Below are positions 27,400 to 43,520 of a stretch of 64,000 bases of DNA, piece after piece. Numbering within the stretch: the first letter of the stretch is position 1; every line of letters begins with the position of its first letter. Origin of the DNA: Auanema rhodensis (taxonomy: Eukaryota > Animalia > Nematoda); assembly GCA_964057225.1 (NCBI GenBank), contig OZ059900.1:23808001-23872000 (forward strand), read 5' to 3'. A program made the translations under genes and the position numbers. The notes beneath the pieces are model-generated. The model ran no database searches, was not told where the DNA came from, and worked only from the letters and a program-made list of their open reading frames with translations.

Positions 27400-30240
27400 C
27401 ACTTTCACGACAAAAAAACAGGGGTTAGAAAATTAAGGAAATTAGCATATTCTGAGGGCACGCCCCTTATGGCTAATATTGATTAAATCGATTTTTGTTC
27501 ATATGAGTCGTCAAATGCAACGAATTTCAGCGTGTTACATACTAAAATGAAGCATTTTACATGCTGAACACTAGAGAAATACAAAAACACAGTATTTCCC
27601 ATGAGAAATATTTTATTATGCTGGAAAACCAGTTTTTGGAAATTTCGCTGTAAACAAGGTTTTGACTTACGATTTCATGTGTTCAAACTCATGCAATGTC
27701 AATGAAACCTAGCTCAAAAATGTTCGTACAACGTCTAGTTCCACTTTCACGACAAAAAAACAGGGGTTAGAAAATTAAGGAAATTAGCATATTCTGAGGG
27801 CACGCCCCTTATGGCTAATATTGATTAAATCGATTTTTGTTCATATGAGTCGTCAAATGCAACGAATTTCAGCGTGTTGCATACTAAAATGAAGCATTTT
27901 ACATGCTGAACACTAGAAAAATACAAAAACACAGTATTTCTCATGAGAAATATTTTATTATGCTGGAAAACCAGTTTTTGGAAATTTCTCTGTAAACAAG
28001 GTTTTGACTTACGATTTCATGTGTTCAAACTCATGCAATGTCTATGAAACCTAGCTCAAAATTGTTTGTACAACGTCTAGTTCCACTTTCACGACAAAAA
28101 AACAGGGGTTAGAAAATTAAGGAAATTAGCATATTCTGAGGGCACGCCCCTTATGGCTAATATTGATTAAATCGATTTTTGTTCATATGAGTCGTCAAAT
28201 GCAACGAATTTCAGCGTGTTACATACTAAAATGAAGCATTTTACATGCTGAACACTAGAAAAATACAAAAACACAGTATTTCTCATGAGAAATATTTTAT
28301 TATGCTGGAAAACCAGTTTTTGGAAATTTCGCTGTAAACAAGGTTTTGACTTACGATTTCATGTGTTCAAACTCATGCAATGTCAATGAAACCTAGCTCA
28401 AAATTGTTCGTACAACGTCTAGTTCCACTTTCACGACAAAAAAACAGGGGTTAGAAAATTAAGGAAATTAGCATATTCTGAGGGCACGCCCCTTATGGCT
28501 AATATTGATTAAATCGATTTTTGTTCATATGAGTCGTCAAATGCAACGAATTTCAGCGTGTTACATACTAAAATGAAGCATTTTACATGCTGAACACTAG
28601 AAAAATACGAAAACACAGTATTTCCCATGAGAAATATTTTATTATGCTGGAAAACCAGTTTTTGGAAATTTCGCTGTAAACAAGGTTTTGACTTACGATT
28701 TCATGTGTTCAAACTCATGCAATGTCAATGAAACCTAGCTCAAAATTGTTCGTACAACGTGTAGTTCCACTTTCACGACAAAAAAACAGGGGTTAGAAAA
28801 TTAAGGAAATTAGCATATTCTGAGGGCACGCCCCTTATGGCTAATATTGATTAAATCGATTTTTGTTCATATGAGTCGTCAAATGCAACGAATTTCAGCG
28901 TGTTACATACTAAAATGAAGCATTTTACATGCTGAACACTAGAGAAATACAAAAACACAGTATTTCCCATGAGAAATATTTTATTATGCTGGAAAACCAG
29001 TTTTTGGAAATTTCGCTGTAAACAAGGTTTTGACTTACGATTTCATGTGTTCAAACTCATGCAATGTCAATGAAACCTAGCTCAAAAATGTTCGTACAAC
29101 GTCTAGTTCCACTTTCACGACAAAAAAACAGGGGTTAGAAAATTAAGGAAATTAGCATATTCTGAGGGCACGCCCCTTATGGCTAATATTGATTAAATCG
29201 ATTTTTGTTCATATGAGTCGTCAAATGCAACGAATTTCAGCGTGTTACATACTAAAATGAAGCATTTTACATGCTGAACACTAGAAAAATACAAAAACAC
29301 AGTATTTCTCATGAGAAATATTTTATTATGCTGGAAAACCAGTTTTTGGAAATTTCTCTGTAAACAAGGTTTTGACTTACGATTTCATGTGTTCAAACTC
29401 ATGCAATGTCTATGAAACCTAGCTCAAAATTGTTTGTACAACGTCTAGTTCCACTTTCACGACAAAAAAACAGGGGTTAGAAAATTAAGGAAATTAGCAT
29501 ATTCTGAGGGCACGCCCCTTATGGCTAATATTGATTAAATCGATTTTTGTTCATATGAGTCGTCAAATGCAACGAATTTCAGCGTGTTACATACTAAAAT
29601 GAAGCATTTTACATGCTGAACACTAGAAAAATACAAAAACACAGTATTTCTCATGAGAAATATTTTATTATGCTGGAAAACCAGTTTTTGGAAATTTCGC
29701 TGTAAACAAGGTTTTGACTTACGATTTCATGTGTTCAAACTCATGCAATGTCAATGAAACCTAGCTCAAAATTGTTCGTACAACGTCTAGTTCCACTTTC
29801 ACGACAAAAAAACAGGGGTTAGAAAATTAAGGAAATTAGCATATTCTGAGGGCACGCCCCTTATGGCTAATATTGATTAAATCGATTTTTGTTCATATGA
29901 GTCGTCAAATGCAACGAATTTCAGCGTGTTACATACTAAAATGAAGCATTTTACATGCTGAACACTAGAAAAATACGAAAACACAGTATTTCCCATGAGA
30001 AATATTTTATTATGCTGGAAAACCAGTTTTTGGAAATTTCGCTGTAAACAAGGTTTTGACTTACGATTTCATGTGTTCAAACTCATGCAATGTCAATGAA
30101 ACCTAGCTCAAAATTGTTCGTACAACGTGTAGTTCCACTTTCACGACAAAAAAACAGGGGTTAGAAAATTAAGGAAATTAGCATATTCTGAGGGCACGCC
30201 CCTTATGGCTAATATTGATTAAATCGATTTTTGTTCATAT
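27400..30240 (-). repeat. 4-monomer higher-order repeat (1368 bp x 2)
   Basis: CTAGAGAAA 27576/28944, CAAAAATG 27720/29088, CTCTG 27989/29357, ACGTGTAG 28761/30129. Boundaries approximate. Confidence 0.85.
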
Positions 30241-33200
30241 GAGTCGTCGAATGCAACGAATTTCAGCGTGTTACATACTAAAATGAAGCATTTTACATGC
30301 TGAACACTAGAAAAATACAAAAACACAGTATTTCCCATGAGAAATATTTTATTATGCTGGAAAACCAGTTTTTGGAAATTTCGCTGTAAACAAGGTTTTG
30401 ACTTACGATTTCATGTGTTCAAACTCATGCAATGTCAATGAAACCTAGCTCAAAATTATTCGTACAACGTCTAGTTCCACTTTCACGACAAAAAAAACAG
30501 GGGTTAGAAAATTAAGGAAATTAGCATATTCTGAGGGCACGCCCCTTATGGCTAATATTGATTAAATCGATTTTTGTTCATATGAGTCGTCAAATGCAAC
30601 GAATTTCAGCGTGTTACATACTAAAATGAAGCATTTTACATGCTGAACACTAGAAAAATACAAAAACACAGTATTTCCCATGAGAAATATTTTATTATGC
30701 TGGAAAACCAGTTTTTGGAAATTTCGCTGTAAACAAGGTTTTGACTTACGATTTCATGTGTTCAAACTCATGCAATGTCAATGAAACCTAGCTCAAAATT
30801 GTTCGTACAACGTCTAGTTCCACTTTCACGACAAAAAAACAGGGGTTAGAAAATGAAGGAAATTAGCATATTCTGAGGGCACGCCCCTTATGGCTAATAT
30901 TGATTAAATCGATTTTTGTTCATATGAGTCGTCAAATGCAACGAATTTCAGCGTGTTACATACTAAAATGAAGCATTTTACATGCTGAACACTAGTAAAA
31001 TACAAAAACACAGTATTTCCCATGAGAAATATTTTATTATGCTGGAAAACCAGTTTTTGGAAATTTCGCTGTAAACAAGGTTTTGACTTACGATTTCATG
31101 TGTTCAAACTCATGCAATGTCAATGAAACCTAGCTCAAAATTGTTCGTACAACGTGTAGTTCCACTTTCACGACAAAAAAACAGGGGTTAGAAAATTAAG
31201 GAAATTAGCATATTCTGAGGGCACGCCCCTTATGGCTAATATTGATTAAATCGATTTTTGTTCATATGAGTCGTCGAATGCAACGAATTTCAGCGTGTTA
31301 CATACTAAAATGAAGCATTTTACATGCTGAACACTAGAAAAATACAAAAACACAGTATTTCCCATGAGAAATATTTTATTATGCTGGAAAACCAGTTTTT
31401 GGAAATTTCGCTGTAAACAAGGTTTTGACTTACGATTTCATGTGTTCAAACTCATGCAATGTCAATGAAACCTAGCTCAAAATTGTTCGTACAACGTCTA
31501 GTTCCACTTTCACGACAAAAAAACAGGGGTTAGAAAATTAAGGAAATTAGCATATTCTGAGGGCACGCCCCTTATGGCTAATATTGATTAAATCGATTTT
31601 TGTTCATATGAGTCGTCAAATGCAACGAATTTCAGCGTGTTACATACTAAAATGAAGCATTTTACATGCTGAACACTAGAAAAATACGAAAACACAGTAT
31701 TTCCCATGAGAAATATTTTATTATGCTGGAAAACCAGTTTTTGGAAATTTCGCTGTAAACAAGGTTTTGACTTACGATTTCATGTGTTCAAACTCATGCA
31801 ATGTCAATGAAACCTAGCTCAAAATTGTTCGTACAACGTGTAGTTCCACTTTCACGACAAAAAAACAGGGGTTAGAAAATTAAGGAAATTAGCATATTCT
31901 GAGGGCACGCCCCTTATGGCTAATATTGATTAAATCGATTTTTGTTCATATGAGTCGTCGAATGCAACGAATTTCAGCGTGTTACATACTAAAATGAAGC
32001 ATTTTACATGCTGAACACTAGAAAAATACAAAAACACAGTATTTCCCATGAGAAATATTTTATTATGCTGGAAAACCAGTTTTTGGAAATTTCGCTGTAA
32101 ACAAGGTTTTGACTTACGATTTCATGTGTTCAAACTCATGCAATGTCAATGAAACCTAGCTCAAAATTGTTCGTACAACGTCTAGTTCCACTTTCACGAC
32201 AAAAAAACAGGGGTTAGAAAATTAAGGAAATTAGCATATTCTGAGGGCACGCCCCTTATGGCTAATATTGATTAAATCGATTTTTGTTCATATGAGTCGT
32301 CAAATGCAACGAATTTCAGCGTGTTACATACTAAAATGAAGCATTTTACATGCTGAACACTAGAGAAATACAAAAACACAGTATTTCCCATGAGAAATAT
32401 TTTATTATGCTGGAAAACCAGTTTTTGGAAATTTCGCTGTAAACAAGGTTTTGACTTACGATTTCATGTGTTCAAACTCATGCAATGTCAATGAAACCTA
32501 GCTCAAAAATGTTCGTACAACGTCTAGTTCCACTTTCACGACAAAAAAACAGGGGTTAGAAAATTAAGGAAATTAGCATATTCTGAGGGCACGCCCCTTA
32601 TGGCTAATATTGATTAAATCGATTTTTGTTCATATGAGTCGTCAAATGCAACGAATTTCAGCGTGTTACATACTAAAATGAAGCATTTTACATGCTGAAC
32701 ACTAGAAAAATACGAAAACACAGTATTTCCCATGAGAAATATTTTATTATGCTGGAAAACCAGTTTTTGGAAATTTCGCTGTAAACAAGGTTTTGACTTA
32801 CGATTTCATGTGTTCAAACTCATGCAATGTCAATGAAACCTAGCTCAAAATTGTTCGTACAACGTGTAGTTCCACTTTCACGACAAAAAAACAGGGGTTA
32901 GAAAATTAAGGAAATTAGCATATTCTGAGGGCACGCCCCTTATGGCTAATATTGATTAAATCGATTTTTGTTCATATGAGTCGTCGAATGCAACGAATTT
33001 CAGCGTGTTACATACTAAAATGAAGCATTTTACATGCTGAACACTAGAAAAATACAAAAACACAGTATTTCCCATGAGAAATATTTTATTATGCTGGAAA
33101 ACCAGTTTTTGGAAATTTCGCTGTAAACAAGGTTTTGACTTACGATTTCATGTGTTCAAACTCATGCAATGTCAATGAAACCTAGCTCAAAATTGTTCGT

Positions 33201-36200
33201 ACAACGTCTAGTTCCACTTTCACGACAAAAAAACAGGGGTTAGAAAATTAAGGAAATTAGCATATTCTGAGGGCACGCCCCTTATGGCTAATATTGATTA
33301 AATCGATTTTTGTTCATATGAGTCGTCAAATGCAACGAATTTCAGCGTGTTACATACTAAAATGAAGCATTTTACATGCTGAACACTAGAAAAATACAAA
33401 AACACAGTATTTCCCATGAGAAATATTTTATTATGCTGGAAAACCAGTTTTTGGAAATTTCGCTGTAAACAAGGTTTTGACTTACGATTTCATGTGTTCA
33501 AACTCATGCAATGTCAATGAAACCTAGCTCAAAATTGTTCGTACAGCGTCTAGTTCCACTTTCACGACAAAAAAACAGGGGTTAGAAAATTAAGGAAATT
33601 AGCATATTCTGAGGGCACGCCCCTTATGGCTAATATTGATTAAATCGATTTTTGTTCATATGAGTCGTCAAATGCAACGAATTTCAGCGTGTTACATACT
33701 AAAATGAAGCATTTTACATGCTGAACACTAGTAAAATACAAAAACACAGTATTTCCCATGAGAAATATTTTATTATGCTGGAAAACCAGTTTTTGGAAAT
33801 TTCGCTGTAAACAAGGTTTTGACTTACGATTTCATGTGTTCAAACTCATGCAATGTCAATGAAACCTAGCTCAAAATTGTTCGTACAACGTCTAGTTCCA
33901 CTTTCACGACAAAAAAACAGGGGTTAGAAAATTAAGGAAATTAGCATATTCTGAGGGCACGCCCCTTATGGCTAATATTGATTAAATCGATTTTTGTTCA
34001 TATGATTCGTCAAATGCAACGAATTTCAGCGTGTTACATACTAAAATGAAGCATTTTACATGCTGAACACTAGAAAATTACGAAAACACAGTATTTCCCA
34101 TGAGAAATATTTTATTATGCTGGAAAACCAGTTTTTGGAAATTTCGCTGTAAACAAGGTTTTGACTTACGATTTCATGTGTTCAAACTCATGCAATGTCA
34201 ATGAAACCTAGCTCAAAATTGTTCGTACAACGTGTAGTTCCACTTTCACGACAAAAAAACAGGGGTTAGAAAATTAAGGAAATTAGCATATTCTGAGGGC
34301 ACGCCCCTTATGGCTAATATTGATTAAATCGATTTTTGTTCATATGAGTCGTCGAATGCAACGAATTTCAGCGTGTTACATACTAAAATGAAGCATTTTA
34401 CATGCTGAACACTAGAAAAATACAAAAACACAGTATTTCCCATGAGAAATATTTTATTATGCTGGAAAACCAGTTTTTGGAAATTTCGCTGTAAACAAGG
34501 TTTTGACTTACGATTTCATGTGTTCAAACTCATGCAATGTCAATGAAACCTAGCTCAAAATTGTTCGTACAACGTCTAGTTCCACTTTCACGACAAAAAA
34601 ACAGGGGTTAGAAAATTAAGGAAATTAGCATATTCTGAGGGCACGCCCCTTATGGCTAATATTGATTAAATCGATTTTTGTTCATATGAGTCGTCAAATG
34701 CAACAAATTTCAGCGTGTTACATACTAAAATGAAGCATTTTACATGCTGAACACTAGAAAAATACAAAAACACAGTATTTCCCATGAGAAATATTTTATT
34801 ATGCTGGAAAACCAGTTTTTGGAAATTTCGCTGTAAACAAGGTTTTGACTTACGATTTCATGTGTTCAAACTCATGCAATGTCAATGAAACCTAGCTCAA
34901 AATTGTTCGTACAACGTCTAGTTCCACTTTCACGACAAAAAAACAGGGGTTAGAAAATTAAGGAAATTAGCATATTCTGAGGGCACGCCCCTTATGGCTA
35001 ATATTGATTAAATCGATTTTTGTTCATATGAGTCGTCAAATGCAACGAATTTCAGCGTGTTACATACTAAAATGAAGCATTTTACATGCTGAACACTAGA
35101 AAAATACAAAAACACAGTATTTCTCATGAGAAATATTTTATTATGCTGGAAAACCAGTTTTTGGAAATTTCGCTGTAAACAAGGTTTTGACTTACGATTT
35201 CATGTGTTCAAACTCATGCAATGTCAATGAAACCTAGCTCAAAATTGTTCGTACAACGTTTAGTTCCACTTTCACGACAAAAAAACAGGGGTTAGAAAAT
35301 TAAGGAAATTAGCATATTCTGAGGGCACGCCCCTTATGGCTAATATTGATTAAATCGATTTTTGTTCATATGAGTCGTCAAATGCAACGAATTTCAGCGT
35401 GTTACATACTAAAATGAAGCATTTTACATGCTGAACACTAGTAAAATACAAAAACACAGTATTTCCCATGAGAAATATTTTATTATGCTGGAAAACCAGT
35501 TTTTGGAAATTTCGCTGTAAACAAGGTTTTGACTTACGATTTCATGTGTTCAAACTCATGCAATGTCAATGAAACCTAGCTCAAAATTGTTCGTACAACG
35601 TCTAGTTCCACTTTCACAACAAAAAAACAGGGGTTAGAAAATTAAGGAAATTAGCATATTCTGAGGGCACGCCCCTTATGGCTAATATTGATTAAATCGA
35701 TTTTTGTTCATATGATTCGTCAAATGCAACGAATTTCAGCGTGTTACATACTAAAATGAAGCATTTTACATGCTGAACACTAGAAAAAAACAAAAACACA
35801 GTATTTCCCATGAGAAATATTTTATTATGCTGGAAAACCAGTTTTTGGAAATTTCGCTGTAAACAAGGTTTTGACTTACGATTTCATGTGTTCAAACTCA
35901 TGCAATGTCAATGAAACTTAGCTCAAAATTGTTCGTACAACGTCTAGTTCCACTTTCACGACAAAAAAACAGGGGTTAGAAAATTAAGGAAATTAGCATA
36001 TTCTGAGGGCACGCCCCTTATGGCTAATATTGATTAAATCGATTTTTGTTCATATGAGTCGTCAAATGCAACGAATTTCAGCGTGTTACATACTAAAATG
36101 AAGCATTTTACATGCTGAACACTAGTAAAATACAAAAACACAGTATTTCCCATGAGAAATATTTTATTATGCTGGAAAACCAGTTTTTGGAAATTTCGCT

Positions 36201-37399
36201 GTAAACAAGGTTTTGACTTACGATTTCATGTGTTCAAACTCATGCAATGTCAATGAAACCTAGCTCAAAATTGTTCGTACAACGTCTAGTTCCACTTTCA
36301 CGACAAAAAAACAGGGGTTAGAAAATTAAGGAAATTAGCATATTCTGAGGGCACGCCCCTTATGGCTAATATTGATTAAATCGATTTTTGTTCATATGAG
36401 TCGTCAAATGCAACGAATTTCAGCGTGTCACATACTAAAATGAAGCATTTTACATGCTGAACGCTAGAAAAATACAAAAACACAGTATTTCCCATGAGAA
36501 ATATTTTATTATGCTGGAAAACCAGTTTTTGGAAATTTCGCTGTAAACAAGGTTTTGACTTACGATTTCATGTGTTCAAACTCATGCAATGTCAATGAAA
36601 CCTAGCTCAAAATTGTTCGTACAACGTTTAGTTCCACTTTCACGACAAAAAAACAGAGGTTAGAAAATTAAGGAAATTAGCATATTCTGAGGGCACGCCC
36701 CTTATGGCTAATATTGATTAAATCGATTTTTGTTCATATGAGTCGTCAAATGCAACGAATTTCAGCGTGTTACATACTAAAATGAAGCATTTTACATGCT
36801 GAACACTAGAAAAATACAAAAACACAGTATTTCCCATGAGAAATATTTTATTATGCTGGAAAACCAGTTTTTGGAAATTTCGCTGTAAACAAGGTTTTGA
36901 CTTACGATTTCATGTGTTCAAACTCATGCAATGTCAATGAAACCTAGCTCAAAATTGTTCGTACAACGTCTAGTTCCACTTTCACGACAAAAAAACAGGG
37001 GTTAGAAAATTAAGGAAATTAGCATATTCTGAGGGCACGCCCCTTATGGCTAATATTGATTAAATCGATTTTTGTTCATATGAGTCGTCAAATGCAACGA
37101 ATTTCAGCGTGTTACATACTAAAATGAAGCATTTTACATGCTGAACACTAGAAAAATACAAAAACACAGTATTTCCCATGAGAAATATTTTATTATGCTG
37201 GAAAACCAGTTTTTGGAAATTTCGCTGTAAACAAGGTTTTGACTTACGATTTCATGTGTTCAAACTCATGCAATGTCAATGAAACCTAGCTCAAAATTGT
37301 TCGTACAACGTCTAGTTCCACTTTCACGACAAAAAAACAGGGGTTAGAAAATTAAGGAAATTAGCATATTCTGAGGGCACGCCCCTTATGGCTAATATT

Positions 37400-40300
37400 G
37401 ATTAAATCGATTTTTGTTCATATGAGTCGTCAAATGCAACGAATTTCAGCGTGTTACATACTAAAATGAAGCATTTTACATGCTGAACACTAGTAAAATA
37501 CAAAAACACAGTATTTCCCATGAGAAATATTTTATTATGCTGGAAAACCAGTTTTTGGAAATTTCGCTGTAAACAAGGTTTTGACTTACGATTTCATGTG
37601 TTCAAACTCATGCAATGTCAATGAAACCTAGCTCAAAATTGTTCGTACAACGTCTAGTTCCACTTTCACGACAAAAAAACAGGGGTTAGAAAATTAAGGA
37701 AATTAGCATATTCTGAGGGCACGCCCCTTATGGCTAATATTGATTAAATCGATTTTTGTTCATATGATTCGTCAAATGCAACGAATTTCAGCGTGTTACA
37801 TACTAAAATGAAGCATTTTACATGCTGAACACTAGAAAAAAACAAAAACACAGTATTTCCCATGAGAAATATTTTATTATGCTGGAAAACCAGTTTTTGG
37901 AAATTTCGCTGTAAACAAGGTTTTGACTTACGATTTCATGTGTTCAAACTCATGCAATGTCAATGAAACTTAGCTCAAAATTGTTCGTACAACGTCTAGT
38001 TCCACTTTCACGACAAAAAAACAGGGGTTAGAAAATTAAGGAAATTAGCATATTCTGAGGGCACGCCCCTTATGGCTAATATTGATTAAATCGATTTTTG
38101 TTCATATGAGTCGTCAAATGCAACGAATTTCAGCGTGTTACATACTAATATGAAGCATTTTACATGCTGAACACTAGAAAAATACAAAAACACAGTATTT
38201 CCCATGAGAAATATTTTATTATGCTGGAAAACCAGTTTTTGGAAATTTCGCTGTAAACAAGGTTTTGACTTACGATTTCATGTGTTCAAACTCATGCAAT
38301 GTCAATGAAACCTAGCTCAAAATTGTTCGTACAACGTTTAGTTCCACTTTCACGACAAAAAAACAGAGGTTAGAAAATTAAGGAAATTAGCATATTCTGA
38401 GGGCACGCCCCTTATGGCTAATATTGATTAAATCGATTTTTGTTCATATGAGTCGTCAAATGCAACGAATTTCAGCGTGTTACATACTAAAATGAAGCAT
38501 TTTACATGCTGAACACTAGTAAAATACAAAAACACAGTATTTCCCATGAGAAATATTTTATTATGCTGGAAAACCAGTTTTTGGAAATTTCGCTGTAAAC
38601 AAGGTTTTGACTTACGATTTCATGTGTTCAAACTCATGCAATGTCAATGAAACCTAGCTCAAAATTGTTCGTACAACGTCTAGTTCCACTTTCACGACAA
38701 AAAAACAGGGGTTAGAAAATTAAGGAAATTAGCATATTCTGAGGGCACGCCCCTTATGGCTAATATTGATTAAATCGATTTTTGTTCATATGATTCGTCA
38801 AATGCAACGAATTTCAGCGTGTTACATACTAAAATGAAGCATTTTACATGCTGAACACTAGAAAAAAACAAAAACACAGTATTTCCCATGAGAAATATTT
38901 TATTATGCTGGAAAACCAGTTTTTGGAAATTTCGCTGTAAACAAGGTTTTGACTTACGATTTCATGTGTTCAAACTCATGCAATGTCAATGAAACTTAGC
39001 TCAAAATTGTTCGTACAACGTCTAGTTCCACTTTCACGACAAAAAAACAGGGGTTAGAAAATTAAGGAAATTAGCATATTCTGAGGGCACGCCCCTTATG
39101 GCTAATATTGATTAAATCGATTTTTGTTCATATGAGTCGTCAAATGCAACGAATTTCAGCGTGTTACATACTAATATGAAGCATTTTACATGCTGAACAC
39201 TAGAAAAATACAAAAACACAGTATTTCCCATGAGAAATATTTTATTATGCTGGAAAACCAGTTTTTGGAAATTTCGCTGTAAACAAGGTTTTGACTTACG
39301 ATTTCATGTGTTCAAACTCATGCAATGTCAATGAAACCTAGCTCAAAATTGTTCGTACAACGTTTAGTTCCACTTTCACGACAAAAAAACAGAGGTTAGA
39401 AAATTAAGGAAATTAGCATATTCTGAGGGCACGCCCCTTATGGCTAATATTGATTAAATCGATTTTTGTTCATATGAGTCGTCAAATGCAACGAATTTCA
39501 GCGTGTTACATACTAATATGAAGCATTTTACATGCTGAACACTAGAAAAATACAAAAACACAGTATTTCCCATGAGAAATATTTTATTATGCTGGAAAAC
39601 CAGTTTTTGGAAATTTCGCTGTAAACAAGGTTTTGACTTACGATTTCATGTGTTCAAACTCATGCAATGTCAATGAAACCTAGCTCAAAATTGTTCGTAC
39701 AACGTTTAGTTCCACTTTCACGACAAAAAAACAGAGGTTAGAAAATTAAGGAAATTAGCATATTCTGAGGGCACGCCCCTTATGGCTAATATTGATTAAA
39801 TCGATTTTTGTTCATATGAGTCGTCAAATGCAACGAATTTCAGCGTGTTACATACTAAAATGAAGCATTTTACATGCTGAACACTAGAAAAATACAAAAA
39901 CACAGTATTTCCCATGAGAAATATTTTATTATGCTGGAAAACCAGTTTTTGGAAATTTCGCTGTAAACAAGGTTTTGACTTACGATTTCATGTGTTCAAA
40001 CTCATGCAATGTCAATGAAACCTAGCTCAAAATTGTTCGTACAACGTCTAGTTCCACTTTCACGACAAAAAAACAGGGGTTAGAAAATTAAGGAAATTAG
40101 CATATTCTGAGGGCACGCCCCTTATGGCTAATATTGATTAAATCGATTTTTGTTCATATGAGTCGTCAAATGCAACGAATTTCAGCGTGTTACATACTAA
40201 AATGAAGCATTTTACATGCTGAACACTAGTAAAATACAAAAACACAGTATTTCCCATGAGAAATATTTTATTATGCTGGAAAACCAGTTTTTGGAAATTT

Positions 40301-43300
40301 CGCTGTAAACAAGGTTTTGACTTACGATTTCATGTGTTCAAACTCATGCAATGTCAATGAAACCTAGCTCAAAATTGTTCGTACAACGTCTAGTTCCACT
40401 TTCACGACAAAAAAACAGGGGTTAGAAAATTAAGGAAATTAGCATATTCTGAGGGCACGCCCCTTATGGCTAATATTGATTAAATCGATTTTTGTTCATA
40501 TGATTCGTCAAATGCAACGAATTTCAGCGTGTTACATACTAAAATGAAGCATTTTACATGCTGAACACTAGAAAAATACGAAAACACAGTATTTCCCATG
40601 AGAAATATTTTATTATGCTGGAAAACCAGTTTTTGGAAATTTCGCTGTAAACAAGGTTTTGACTTACGATTTCATGTGTTCAAACTCATGCAATGTCAAT
40701 GAAACCTAGCTCAAAATTGTTCGTACAACGTGTAGTTCCACTTTCACGACAAAAAAACAGGGGTTAGAAAATTAAGGAAATTAGCATATTCTGAGGGCAC
40801 GCCCCTTATGGCTAATATTGATTAAATCGATTTTTGTTCATATGAGTCGTCGAATGCAACGAATTTCAGCGTGTTACATACTAAAATGAAGCATTTTACA
40901 TGCTGAACACTAGAAAAATACAAAAACACAGTATTTCCCATGAGAAATATTTTATTATGCTGGAAAACCAGTTTTTGGAAATTTCGCTGTAAACAAGGTT
41001 TTGACTTACGATTTCATGTGTTCAAACTCATGCAATGTCAATGAAACCTAGCTCAAAATTGTTCGTACAACGTCTAGTTCCACTTTCACGACAAAAAAAC
41101 AGGGGTTAGAAAATTAAGGAAATTAGCATATTCTGAGGGCACGCCCCTTATGGCTAATATTGATTAAATCGATTTTTGTTCATATGAGTCGTCAAATGCA
41201 ACGAATTTCAGCGTGTTACATACTAAAATGAAGCATTTTACATGCTGAACACTAGAAAAATACAAAAACACAGTATTTCCCATGAGAAATATTTTATTAT
41301 GCTGGAAAACCAGTTTTTGGAAATTTCGCTGTAAACAAGGTTTTGACTTACGATTTCATGTGTTCAAACTCATGCAATGTCAATGAAACCTAGCTCAAAA
41401 TTGTTCGTACAACGTCTAGTTCCACTTTCACGACAAAAAAACAGGGGTTAGAAAATTAAGGAAATTAGCATATTCTGAGGGCACGCCCCTTATGGCTAAT
41501 ATTGATTAAATCGATTTTTGTTCATATGAGTCGTCAAATGCAACGAATTTCAGCGTGTTACATACTAAAATGAAGCATTTTACATGCTGAACACTAGTAA
41601 AATACAAAAACACAGTATTTCCCATGAGAAATATTTTATTATGCTGGAAAACCAGTTTTTGGAAATTTCGCTGTAAACAAGGTTTTGACTTACGATTTCA
41701 TGTGTTCAAACTCATGCAATGTCAATGAAACCTAGCTCAAAATTGTTCGTACAACGTCTAGTTCCACTTTCACGACAAAAAAACAGGGGTTAGAAAATTA
41801 AGGAAATTAGCATATTCTGAGGGCACGCCCCTTATGGCTAATATTGATTAAATCGATTTTTGTTCATATGATTCGTCAAATGCAACGAATTTCAGCGTGT
41901 TACATACTAAAATGAAGCATTTTACATGCTGAACACTAGAAAAAAACAAAAACACAGTATTTCCCATGAGAAATATTTTATTATGCTGGAAAACCAGTTT
42001 TTGGAAATTTCGCTGTAAACAAGGTTTTGACTTACGATTTCATGTGTTCAAACTCATGCAATGTCAATGAAACTTAGCTCAAAATTGTTCGTACAACGTC
42101 TAGTTCCACTTTCACGACAAAAAAACAGGGGTTAGAAAATTAAGGAAATTAGCATATTCTGAGAGCACGCCCCTTATGGCTAATATTGATTAAATCGATT
42201 TTTGTTCATATGAGTCGTCAAATGCAACGAATTTCAGCGTGTTACATACTAATATGAAGCATTTTACATGCTGAACACTAGAAAAATACAAAAACACAGT
42301 ATTTCCCATGAGAAATATTTTATTATGCTGGAAAACCAGTTTTTGGAAATTTCGCTGTAAACAAGGTTTTGACTTACGATTTCATGTGTTCAAACTCATG
42401 CAATGTCAATGAAACCTAGCTCAAAATTGTTCGTACAACGTTTAGTTCCACTTTCACGACAAAAAAACAGAGGTTAGAAAATTAAGGAAATTAGCATATT
42501 CTGAGGGCACGCCCCTTATGGCTAATATTGATTAAATCGATTTTTGTTCATATGAGTCGTCAAATGCAACGAATTTCAGCGTGTTACATACTAAAATGAA
42601 GCATTTTACATGCTGAACACTAGTAAAATACAAAAACACAGTATTTCCCATGAGAAATATTTTATTATGCTGGAAAACCAGTTTTTGGAAATTTCGCTGT
42701 AAACAAGGTTTTGACTTACGATTTCATGTGTTCAAACTCATGCAATGTCAATGAAACCTAGCTCAAAATTGTTCGTACAACGTCTAGTTCCACTTTCACG
42801 ACAAAAAAACAGGGGTTAGAAAATTAAGGAAATTAGCATATTCTGAGGGCACGCCCCTTATGGCTAATATTGATTAAATCGATTTTTGTTCATATGATTC
42901 GTCAAATGCAACGAATTTCAGCGTGTTACATACTAAAATGAAGCATTTTACATGCTGAACACTAGAAAAAAACAAAAACACAGTATTTCCCATGAGAAAT
43001 ATTTTATTATGCTGGAAAACCAGTTTTTGGAAATTTCGCTGTAAACAAGGTTTTGACTTACGATTTCATGTGTTCAAACTCATGCAATGTCAATGAAACT
43101 TAGCTCAAAATTGTTCGTACAACGTCTAGTTCCACTTTCACGACAAAAAAACAGGGGTTAGAAAATTAAGGAAATTAGCATATTCTGAGGGCACGCCCCT
43201 TATGGCTAATATTGATTAAATCGATTTTTGTTCATATGAGTCGTCAAATGCAACGAATTTCAGCGTGTTACATACTAATATGAAGCATTTTACATGCTGA

Positions 43301-43520
43301 ACACTAGAAAAATACAAAAACACAGTATTTCCCATGAGAAATATTTTATTATGCTGGAAAACCAGTTTTTGGAAATTTCGCTGTAAACAAGGTTTTGACT
43401 TACGATTTCATGTGTTCAAACTCATGCAATGTCAATGAAACCTAGCTCAAAATCGTTCGTACAACGTTTAGTTCCACTTTCACGACAAAAAAACAGAGGT
43501 TAGAAAATTAAGGAAATTAG
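37400..43520 (-). repeat. 3-monomer higher-order units (1026 bp), two pairs 4104 bp (12 monomers) apart
   Basis: CTAGTAAA at 37494/38520 and 41598/42624, each followed by a GATTCG+AAACTT monomer and an AATATG+ACGTTT+AGAGG monomer. Confidence 0.8.
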